In this document: piece after piece, positions 49,278-57,381 of the stretch | How the letters are laid out: every line of letters starts with the position of its first letter | Position numbering within the stretch: the stretch's first letter is position 1 | DNA from: an uncultured Bdellovibrionales bacterium | GTDB lineage: Bacteria > Patescibacteriota > Minisyncoccia > Moranbacterales > UBA1568 | Length of the DNA stretch: 62,795 bases | Direction of reading: 5' to 3' | Assembly: GCA_964491155.1 (NCBI GenBank) | Contig: CAZBFG010000002.1 | Span: forward strand, 1-62,795 | Notes under the pieces: generated by a model | What the model saw: only the letters and a program-made list of their open reading frames with translations | Databases searched by the model: none | Told to the model about the DNA's origin: nothing | Program-made: the position numbers and the translations under genes

Positions 49278-51731
49278 CTAATCTTCAAAACTTATTTTCC
49301 GCAACTGACTGTCTTCTGCGACTCGCTTTCGTTCTTCCATTTCACTGCTTTGGAGGTAGCCAATCATTTCTGTAACAAATTTCTTTACGCGTCTATTCTT
49401 TGATTCCTTGTATTTCTGAAGAATTTCTACCTTCCCCTTGTAGGCATCCGCAATCCCATATTCTCCAGATACCACGCCAGTAGCATACATAGTTGCACCA
49501 ATCTTTTTGTGAATCTTATCATTGTCTGTCCGCGCAATAATCTGCATACCGAGTTCAAAGTCTGCTTCGCCTATGCCCTCAATCACATACGCTACTCGAA
49601 GCAAGTCCTTATCATCACCTCTTGCTACGATGTCGGATAAAACTTGCCGCCTATCTACATTGATACTCTCCAAGAATCGACTAACTTCCCAGTTGTAAAG
49701 AGACCAGCCTAGAGTCATTTTTAGCACCCAACTTTTTACAGTAGCTGCAAGTCTTTTTTGATCCTCAGTCAACAATTTCTGAAGGTCCGGATTAAGATGA
49801 TAGGGTATTGCCTCAAACTCTTTCCGCTTCATTAATCGCTTTATGCCATGCGACTTGTCTTTTTTCTGGAGAAAAATAGTCCGTGAAATTCTTTTTTTAA
49901 AAAGATTCATTATGCAATCAAAGTCTTTCTCACAAAGCTCAATCAAAAATTCCTGTAGATGCCAATCTAAGTTAGGGGCCTCCACAACTTTGTTCAAAAG
50001 GTATTTCTTAAACGCCTTGCTCGCTAAAGAAAGATCAATCCACTTCCAGACTGTCGCAATGAACTGTAACGCTTGATAATGAATAGCGGCGTATTCTGCA
50101 TTATTTTGTATTTCTTCTCTTATAAGCCACTCTATCTTTCGTTTTTGTGGCTTAAAGTTAAAAGCAAGGGCGTGAAAAAGACGGTCATGCAAGTACCATA
50201 GTGAAGCATCTTTTCTCTTTGACTTCAGGAAACTAAATCTCTTTTTTTTGAAAACAATCTCCTCAAGAATATTCAACTCATTAAAGCGGAGCTTTCTTGG
50301 AACCTGTTCCTGTGCATGAGCAACAAGAGAATTACATATCCCACCCATAAGATAGATGGCTTGCTTCCTAATAATCAACTCAGAATATTTGTCCCACAGG
50401 TCCGATTTCTGCGTAACTTGAAAACCAATCAAAAAACTCTCAGCAAAGTTAATCAGGGGCTTATCTCGTTTAAATGCGTCACCTAACAACCCGTCGGCAA
50501 CTTCTGACGTTTCGGATGACAACATCTCAAGAAATCTCTTGAAATCACCCAATTTCCATTCCTCAATAACATCTTTCTGTTTTGCAAGAATATTTAATAC
50601 TTCTGTCCACTCTAATAGACCCTCATCTGATATTTTCGCAATAAGATCTCGCTGATCTTTTTCTCTTCGCTGTTTTGATTCTTCATATCCCTCTTCGCCT
50701 CGATATGCAGCACGACCGCCAATCATAGGTCGAACTTTTTCATAAAAAGAATCTTTCAGTATGTCTTCTCGTAGTTCTACTAGGTCAGATGGACGCCCTC
50801 TATCTGGCTTAGCAAGGTAATAAAACCTTTCTTCAATTTCTTCTACAACAGCAATATTTTCTCTAATGATATTTCCTGATTTATCAAAAATCATTTTCCG
50901 ATATATATTTGATAAATACTTTGCATCATCATCTAACATTCCTCTCAAACTGTCGGAATATTTAACATTACCTGGGCTACGAAACGCCTCTTCTAAAGCA
51001 GAAGAGAGTCGAAGCCTGACTTTTAAATCTGATGTTCTAGTGTATAGATCGTAGACAAAGTCTATAGTCTCCCTTCGTATTTTTTTAAGAAAATTAGTCG
51101 GATCAACTTGTGCAAAGTTCATTGTTAATGTCTTTTCATCCGACCAAGAAGAGCCCTCGACGGAAGAGTTCAGAAGCTCTTTTACAACTGCAAAAATAAA
51201 ATCAAGATTGGTTAAGCGTTTCTTCATGGGCCACTTCAAGATATAATCCAAAACTATTCTTTGGACACTATACCCAATCTTTGAATTAAACAAAACTGCA
51301 TAATCATACTTTGTAAGTTTTTTAAGTACCTCTAAAGCTTTTTCCTTAATCAACTCCTCCTCATTTGTGATAACCACCTCAAGTAGAGGTAAGACTTTCT
51401 TTGGAAGAATATACCGAATCTTAGATAGCAAACTAAGACCCTTAAGAACTATATCTGTTCTTGACTTACCTTCAAGCACTCCAAACTTTGATCTTGATTT
51501 TAGAACGGGAAAGGACGTCTGTAGAATATACTTAAAAATTTCAATAGTCTGTTCAGAGCCTTTATAGACAAATTCCTCTAATAGATCGAGTTTTTCATAA
51601 ATAACATCATTATTCTTTGGAGATTTGAGAATTTCATCCCTAAGTTCATCGGCAAACACAGACAGTTGTTTATCTGCCTTTTCATTTCCAAGAGCCATCA
51701 GTTGACACAATATTTGCTTTTGTATGCTCAT
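49278..51731 (-). CDS. large all-helical protein of unknown function (817 aa)
   Basis: 2.4-kb ORF in roughly 36% GC DNA; Leu/Lys/Glu-rich, repeat-like helices; no catalytic motif seen; ATGA overlap with the HNH gene. Confidence 0.8.
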   Translation of the reverse strand: MSIQKQILCQLMALGNEKADKQLSVFADELRDEILKSPKNNDVIYEKLDLLEEFVYKGSEQTIEIFKYILQTSFPVLKSRSKFGVLEGKSRTDIVLKGLSLLSKIRYILPKKVLPLLEVVITNEEELIKEKALEVLKKLTKYDYAVLFNSKIGYSVQRIVLDYILKWPMKKRLTNLDFIFAVVKELLNSSVEGSSWSDEKTLTMNFAQVDPTNFLKKIRRETIDFVYDLYTRTSDLKVRLRLSSALEEAFRSPGNVKYSDSLRGMLDDDAKYLSNIYRKMIFDKSGNIIRENIAVVEEIEERFYYLAKPDRGRPSDLVELREDILKDSFYEKVRPMIGGRAAYRGEEGYEESKQRREKDQRDLIAKISDEGLLEWTEVLNILAKQKDVIEEWKLGDFKRFLEMLSSETSEVADGLLGDAFKRDKPLINFAESFLIGFQVTQKSDLWDKYSELIIRKQAIYLMGGICNSLVAHAQEQVPRKLRFNELNILEEIVFKKKRFSFLKSKRKDASLWYLHDRLFHALAFNFKPQKRKIEWLIREEIQNNAEYAAIHYQALQFIATVWKWIDLSLASKAFKKYLLNKVVEAPNLDWHLQEFLIELCEKDFDCIMNLFKKRISRTIFLQKKDKSHGIKRLMKRKEFEAIPYHLNPDLQKLLTEDQKRLAATVKSWVLKMTLGWSLYNWEVSRFLESINVDRRQVLSDIVARGDDKDLLRVAYVIEGIGEADFELGMQIIARTDNDKIHKKIGATMYATGVVSGEYGIADAYKGKVEILQKYKESKNRRVKKFVTEMIGYLQSSEMEERKRVAEDSQLRKISFED

Positions 51732-52390
51732 ATCCGAGTAAACTTTTCGATTATTTCTTTGATATCCAACTTTCCAGATGTAATGAGTTCACTTAAGGCA
51801 ACTTTCGCATCAGACTTATCCTTAAGAGAAACCAGCCCTCCCGTAACGTCTACTAGTCCTAGTTGAATAAGTTGATTTAGTATTGCTTCCTCTTCTTCAG
51901 AGGTAGCGTCTAACAATATACGCACCGTTTGTCTGACGGATTCACCGCGCTGGTCTATATAAAACTCCGGAATTAAGTAAATAAAACATTGATAAAAAAT
52001 AATCTTGTCTGAGTTTCTAGTAAGCATCTCATGATACTTTAACTGCAATGTTGCAAAGTCACTCGACACAGTAATTTTTTCTGAATTCGTTAAATAAAAA
52101 ACGACTTTTTGCAATTTTAGCAGCTCTTCACTTGCTTGCTTAGCACGATTTTTATACTCACGAAAATCATTGGGGGATATCTTGCCATCATGAGCCATTC
52201 CATGACAGTTACTACAAATACACACAATATTGTCGGAGACATTATTCTCCCTATTACCATCAATATGGTGCAACGTTAGAGAGATCCTTTCTTTGCAAAC
52301 TAGACAAGAGTGGTTCGCCTCAACCTTAATTTCCCTTTGTAAAGTTGATGGGATTTTCTTCCTTGGTTTCGTGTATTTCTTTGGTGACAT
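51728..52390 (-). CDS. HNH endonuclease with C-terminal helical (wHTH-like) extension
   Basis: CLVC..HHIDGNRENN..N..CSNCHGMAH (aa 29-67). Confidence 0.8.
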   Translation of the reverse strand: MSPKKYTKPRKKIPSTLQREIKVEANHSCLVCKERISLTLHHIDGNRENNVSDNIVCICSNCHGMAHDGKISPNDFREYKNRAKQASEELLKLQKVVFYLTNSEKITVSSDFATLQLKYHEMLTRNSDKIIFYQCFIYLIPEFYIDQRGESVRQTVRILLDATSEEEEAILNQLIQLGLVDVTGGLVSLKDKSDAKVALSELITSGKLDIKEIIEKFTRI

Positions 52391-52415
52391 ATAAGCTGAC
52401 GCTCATTCTATAAAA

Positions 52416-55400
52416 CTAACGTGTACTTTCCGAGACATGTTTCTTTATTATGAAAAAAATCTCCATCAAAATATTCTGCTTTCGGTGCCTTAAGTCCTCC
52501 CGGTTAGTTGCTAAATCCAAATCTGTACTCGCATCGGTGTCAGTAGATTTCTTTAAGTAATCCGAGGAGAAATGTATCGCCCCAAACTTTACCGTGGCTT
52601 GATTGGCTAAATTATATAGTGCAACAGCACGGGCAATCTTGGAGGATTCAATATCTATAGTATCGATTTTTTTCTTGGAAAAGCTTTCGCGTTGAGCAAA
52701 AGTTTCTTCCATTGTTGTAGATACAGAAACATGAGCTAAAGAAGAGTATTCCTTAATATATTCCATGGAGTTACTTATTTTGGAACCTATACTCATAATT
52801 TCGTTCCTTCTTCCTACGACAAATGATTTTGGTATGTATATTCTTTTATATACCTCGCGAGGAGATTTTAAAGTGCCAACCTTGCCTATGTGTAAAACTT
52901 CAGATGCATTTAGCTGGCATATTTTCTGCGCTAAAAAATCACTTATATCACCCCAGTGGCCGTAGTTTGCCTCAAGACAGTTTATTACCTTGCCATTTTT
53001 AGAAATAAATCTCGTAGCCGAGTAATACTTATTTTGGTGAGTACTCAGCACGGAAAAATCAGGATCTTTCTCAAGCTGGTTTTTAAAGAAGGTGCTATAA
53101 CCAAGAATCACTACGTCATTCTTGATAATCATTCTATCATCCAAGCCTGTCCATTTATCTATCTTTTTTTCAGCTAATGGATAAGCGTAGGCGCTCACTG
53201 AGACTGATAGATTTCTTAAATAATACTTCAGCATGGAAGCGTAGTGGATCAGCAGATCCCGACCCGGAGTAACACAACAAACAAGAAGCTTTTTCGAACC
53301 TCTCTCTGCTACCAAGAACATCGGCCTCAAACTGTTGCTATTATCGGTTTTCCCCTTACTAAAGTGAATTACTTCCACTATATTGAATCCTAGACTCAAC
53401 TCGTTTAGAACTTTAAGATCTGGATATATGCCATGAACCTCAACACTATCTATCTCCTTAACCCTGCTCTCTATTAGTTCTATCGGCAGTTTAGACTGTA
53501 TGTATTTTTCCAGTGAAATGGTCATCGTATGATCGCTCACGTAGGGCGTATCGAAATTCTTATCTGGAACTCTGATTACCTTGCTGTATATATCCAGACG
53601 TTCTAGTGAAAAGTACTTATTAATAAAGTTAGTTATCGAATCCGTAAATTCAAAATTTGGTATCTGATCTTTTGTGATCCACTTAAAAGAGAGCGATTCT
53701 TCATTGATTCTTATTTTCTTGTCTTCTACAACAGTCGAGGTATAGTCATAAAAATGATAGTGGTTACCGCTCTTCGCAGTATAGTCACGCACTCCCAAAA
53801 GATTGATATGCTCAACCATTAGCCCGGTTTCCTCAAAAACCTCACGTACAAATGCTTCAATAGGAGCTTCATTCATACCGAGCTTGCCGCCAGGTACGAC
53901 CCATTTCCCATGGTCTTTGCCCTTGCTTGTCTGGAGTATTAAAAATTGTCCCGTTGAGTTGTAGATGAGCCCTCCTGAGGCAAGAATTTTATAGGTCTCC
54001 TTAGGATTGAAAAGTCTTCTGTAATATGACAAAAAAGCACGGAAGTTTTTTGTATCGGTCGGGATTTGAAAACTTATTTTTGACTTAATGGCAAATCTTT
54101 TTCGATAAGATTCTCGAACCGTTTCGAAACCATCCTGACCGTTGCAGTAGTCTGGCAAATCACTATTGCTTCTCATTAGTAACCAGGCACTTATAACTTT
54201 TGCGATTCTACCACAACCATCAACAAAAACATGTCCACAAAAATCAATATTCCATTCAATCCAGGCGGCCAAATCCGTTGGTGCAGTTTCGGGATTTTTA
54301 ATCTTCTTATGGAACTGATTAATAAATGATTTGTAGAATTTTTTTACGTACTGAGTATCGACATAGAAATATTTATGCGAGTTGCTCCCACTCCTTATCA
54401 TCAACTTTTCGTTAGTCACAATCCCCCGATTGACCATCTTTGCTATCTGATCGATGAAATCTTGAAGCACCTGGGGTGATAGCAAGTGCAGGCTCTTATT
54501 ATCGTATGCAAAGTCAAAAGCCTGGATTACATTACTTCTCGTAATATCGGCGAGGTCCTTCTTTGGCACGAGCAAATTAACAAGCATCGGCTTGTCCTTC
54601 GAGGCAGAAACGTTCAGTTCTCCTCCAAATGTTCTGCTTGTATTTTCAATATTACGCAAGAGCCTGTTTAGGTATTCCTCCTTAGAAAAGCGTGGTGTGT
54701 AACTTCTGCGCGAATGCTTATCAAGAGCAGACTGAAGCGTCTCTTTATTAGAGAGTACGGTATCCTTTAGACTTTCAGCGTTTGCTATATATCGAACCTC
54801 AGATTCCTGCGCTATATTTTTCTTATTACTTTTGTAATCCCTTTTAAGACTGACAACAACTGGGTGCCCATTGCTATTGATAAGTACGGTAGAGTAATCT
54901 TTCACCCATCTTGAGTCGATTGATTTTTCCAAAAAAGACAGTCGCCCCTCTTCAATCGCCCTATAACTTTTATAGAGGGCCGAGAAGTCTGGGGTGGGAT
55001 CACTCGGGTATACTCCAGTTCTCTCAAGGACTCGTAGTGCCGATGTTATGAAATCAACTTTCAAGTCAAAGATAGTAACGGGCAGCTTTCTCTGAGCAGC
55101 ATCAACTAATAGATCATCAAGATCAGAAGGATCTTGCATTCTCTTATCAATGACGTATCCCAAGTTAGATTCCCTGACAAGCTTAAGAATTTTCTCGCCA
55201 ATAACAGACGCCTCCTCATGAAAGAGGTATCCGGAAAATGCGTGTCCCGTTACATTGTGGGTATTTAAAAGCAGTTGTCTTTTTACAGCATCGGTATTTA
55301 ACACGCCATCAAAAGCCTCCAACGTCTTTATATTTTGACGGAGAAGACTTTGGATAAAAGAGGATTTCCCAGACGCCACAGATCCTCTCACACAGTAGAT

Positions 55401-55961
55401 TCCTCTTCCTAGTTTTTTTGATCGCACTACTTTCTGTGACAGAATCTCGGCACTTTTATAACAATGGCGTATCAGTTCGTCGTGAACCCGAACTCTCTCA
55501 CTGATCCAATTTTTCTCATCATTGAGGCATCTTCGTAGGGTGACCTTGTCTATGTTATGAGTATCAAAGTTTGTAAAAACATCATAGGACTTTAACTCTG
55601 ATTTTGCTACCGAAAGCAGTAAGCACCTTAAGGAAACACTGTGGGTCTTACCCTGATGGCTCTCATTATCGTGTAGCTTGATCTGATTCAGGACTCTTTT
55701 TAGACTGACAATATCCATGCCTGTCACCTCAACCTCGAGAGAGGAGTTAATGAACACCAGATACTTTTCACTCACTTTCAGCGCCTGCAATACAAGTGGC
55801 TTCAAAAACTTTCTATCAGCATGCGCGTTTATAGAACGCACGGCACTTTCTATATCAAGACTGTCAGTGCTCAACAAACTTACCAGTATACTGGCAGCGC
55901 CTTCCTGATTGAATTGCGAGAGCTTCTCTTTTACGATATTCGCGTTCATAAAAAACATCAA
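52416..55961 (-). CDS. 1181-aa multidomain protein: unknown N-domain + zeta-toxin-like P-loop kinase + Fic + Nudix + PNP/MTAN-like nucleosidase fold
   Basis: Walker A GSVASGKS (aa 193-200) with LNTD (221-224); Fic motif HVFVDGCGRIAK (577-588); exact Nudix box G692-x5-E-x7-REVFEETGL (to 714); HIGKVGT (1024-1030), DIESSKIA (1103-1110), HFSSD (1130-1134) as in PNP_UDP enzymes; track start is TTG 55961, ATG at 55958. Confidence 0.85.
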   Translation of the reverse strand: MMFFMNANIVKEKLSQFNQEGAASILVSLLSTDSLDIESAVRSINAHADRKFLKPLVLQALKVSEKYLVFINSSLEVEVTGMDIVSLKRVLNQIKLHDNESHQGKTHSVSLRCLLLSVAKSELKSYDVFTNFDTHNIDKVTLRRCLNDEKNWISERVRVHDELIRHCYKSAEILSQKVVRSKKLGRGIYCVRGSVASGKSSFIQSLLRQNIKTLEAFDGVLNTDAVKRQLLLNTHNVTGHAFSGYLFHEEASVIGEKILKLVRESNLGYVIDKRMQDPSDLDDLLVDAAQRKLPVTIFDLKVDFITSALRVLERTGVYPSDPTPDFSALYKSYRAIEEGRLSFLEKSIDSRWVKDYSTVLINSNGHPVVVSLKRDYKSNKKNIAQESEVRYIANAESLKDTVLSNKETLQSALDKHSRRSYTPRFSKEEYLNRLLRNIENTSRTFGGELNVSASKDKPMLVNLLVPKKDLADITRSNVIQAFDFAYDNKSLHLLSPQVLQDFIDQIAKMVNRGIVTNEKLMIRSGSNSHKYFYVDTQYVKKFYKSFINQFHKKIKNPETAPTDLAAWIEWNIDFCGHVFVDGCGRIAKVISAWLLMRSNSDLPDYCNGQDGFETVRESYRKRFAIKSKISFQIPTDTKNFRAFLSYYRRLFNPKETYKILASGGLIYNSTGQFLILQTSKGKDHGKWVVPGGKLGMNEAPIEAFVREVFEETGLMVEHINLLGVRDYTAKSGNHYHFYDYTSTVVEDKKIRINEESLSFKWITKDQIPNFEFTDSITNFINKYFSLERLDIYSKVIRVPDKNFDTPYVSDHTMTISLEKYIQSKLPIELIESRVKEIDSVEVHGIYPDLKVLNELSLGFNIVEVIHFSKGKTDNSNSLRPMFLVAERGSKKLLVCCVTPGRDLLIHYASMLKYYLRNLSVSVSAYAYPLAEKKIDKWTGLDDRMIIKNDVVILGYSTFFKNQLEKDPDFSVLSTHQNKYYSATRFISKNGKVINCLEANYGHWGDISDFLAQKICQLNASEVLHIGKVGTLKSPREVYKRIYIPKSFVVGRRNEIMSIGSKISNSMEYIKEYSSLAHVSVSTTMEETFAQRESFSKKKIDTIDIESSKIARAVALYNLANQATVKFGAIHFSSDYLKKSTDTDASTDLDLATNREDLRHRKQNILMEIFFIIKKHVSESTR

Positions 55962-56500
55962 GCCAGTATATCAAGCAGCTCATGAATTTCTTTGATCGAC
56001 TTTAGGTCTTGAGGAATCTCATCTGGCATTTTTGAAACGCTATTTTCTATGAAAAAAGCATCTATACCGATATTTTTTGCCGCGAGGTAGTCATAGAAGT
56101 AACTGTCCCCGACCATAAGAGCATCATTCTTACTGAGACCTAAAGAAGCCAGGATTTCTAGCATAATCGCGGCTTTCCCATTCGGATCGTCTCCACTAGA
56201 AGATCTGTGCGCGTAGAACAGACTGCTCAGCCCGAAGTACTCGAGCCTTTCTTTAATCTCTTTGATGGCAATTTCCTCAGCGTAGGGGTTGGCCGAAAGC
56301 ACTACAAGGTATATTCCCCTTTCCCTCAGAGCCTCCAGGGTTTCTTTGGTCCGCGGCGTCAACTCCAAATGCTCCAAATAATTATCTTTCGTTTCTGGAT
56401 CATGGTAAATCCAGTGGGGTTTTTGCGTGCGCTTTGTCGCCTTGGGATACCAAAGTGTTCCGTCACCATCGAGAAACACTATTTTCTTCTTCGTTTTCAT
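55958..56500 (-). CDS. HAD-superfamily phosphatase (IIIA-like)
   Basis: motif I FLDGDGT (D11, D13), motif II LSAN, Lys109, motif IV GDSYFYD. Confidence 0.8.
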   Translation of the reverse strand: MKTKKKIVFLDGDGTLWYPKATKRTQKPHWIYHDPETKDNYLEHLELTPRTKETLEALRERGIYLVVLSANPYAEEIAIKEIKERLEYFGLSSLFYAHRSSSGDDPNGKAAIMLEILASLGLSKNDALMVGDSYFYDYLAAKNIGIDAFFIENSVSKMPDEIPQDLKSIKEIHELLDILA

Positions 56501-56523
56501 ACGCTTACTCTTGTTCAGATAGT

Positions 56524-57129
56524 TTAAAAAATCTCCAACTCCTCAACTATTTTTCCTTCCGATTTCAATCTTTCCAAATCAGCTTCAAGATTATTCTTTA
56601 TTGCCCTCACTCTTTCGAGTTGAGTAAGTCGGTAAGTATTCGTATTGCGAGACTCGATTCTTTTCTTGAGTTCTTCCTCAGAAATCTTTAGATAAATAAC
56701 GACATCAGAGTCTACGAGTGTACTTCCAAAAGCAGGGCGTCCAGCTTCGATACTTATTTGGCTCTGAGTATACCCCGTTAACAGTTCGGTCGTTTCTCTC
56801 AGGTAAGCTTGGTGTTCATCGCTGGCTGGATCGAACTCTTTTTCAGAATATTTCACAGTCTTTCTATCGCCATCAATGAACATGAACGGGTGCTCATGGT
56901 GCAGTACATGTCTTTTAAAATCCTCTGGCATACCATCAAACACCGCGTCTAAATCGACGCCTGCCTTGATGTGTTGGAGGATAGTACTCTTTCCGACGCT
57001 TGGTGGCGCAAGCACCAACACCCTCTTATCTTTATATTTTTCTAGTAGTGATTCAAGAGTCTCTGCGTGTCCTTTTCCCTCCTTTGGGTTTAGGTGCATG
57101 TCTCTAAAATCTTTTTTCTCAAACGACAT
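56524..57129 (-). CDS. P-loop nucleotide/nucleoside kinase-like protein
   Basis: Walker A APPSVGKST (aa 41-49); VVIYLKISEEELKKRIESR lid-like segment typical of NMP kinases. Confidence 0.7.
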   Translation of the reverse strand: MSFEKKDFRDMHLNPKEGKGHAETLESLLEKYKDKRVLVLAPPSVGKSTILQHIKAGVDLDAVFDGMPEDFKRHVLHHEHPFMFIDGDRKTVKYSEKEFDPASDEHQAYLRETTELLTGYTQSQISIEAGRPAFGSTLVDSDVVIYLKISEEELKKRIESRNTNTYRLTQLERVRAIKNNLEADLERLKSEGKIVEELEIF

Positions 57130-57132
57130 ATA

Positions 57133-57333
57133 TCATTTCTCATTGTTAAGAATTTTCTCGAGATCTTCTTTTCGATACCGTCGATCCTTTCTCGTTCCAA
57201 AACGAATGGCCTTTAGAATTCCCTTATTGTCCCAATTCCTTAAAGTGTTGGGATGGCAATGTAAAAGCGTACAGGCCTCAGCAAGAGTGAGAATATCGGG
57301 TATTTCCTTTGTTTTCACGGATTGTTTTTTCAT
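57133..57333 (-). CDS. MerR/excisionase-family helix-turn-helix protein
   Basis: LTLAEACTLLHCHPNTLRNWDNKGILKAIRFG..RRYRKEDLEKIL. Confidence 0.75.
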   Translation of the reverse strand: MKKQSVKTKEIPDILTLAEACTLLHCHPNTLRNWDNKGILKAIRFGTRKDRRYRKEDLEKILNNEK

Positions 57334-57381
57334 AAAATATGACTTACCATGAGTTTACAACTTCCAAGAGAATAAGCAAGT

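Noticed and set aside
51728-55961. Assignment of the P-loop protein plus HNH pair to the Septu (PtuA/PtuB) system
   Set aside because: PtuA is an ABC/AAA_15-type ATPase. Here the P-loop region looks like a zeta-toxin-type kinase embedded in a four-domain fusion, and five further genes are co-transcribed.
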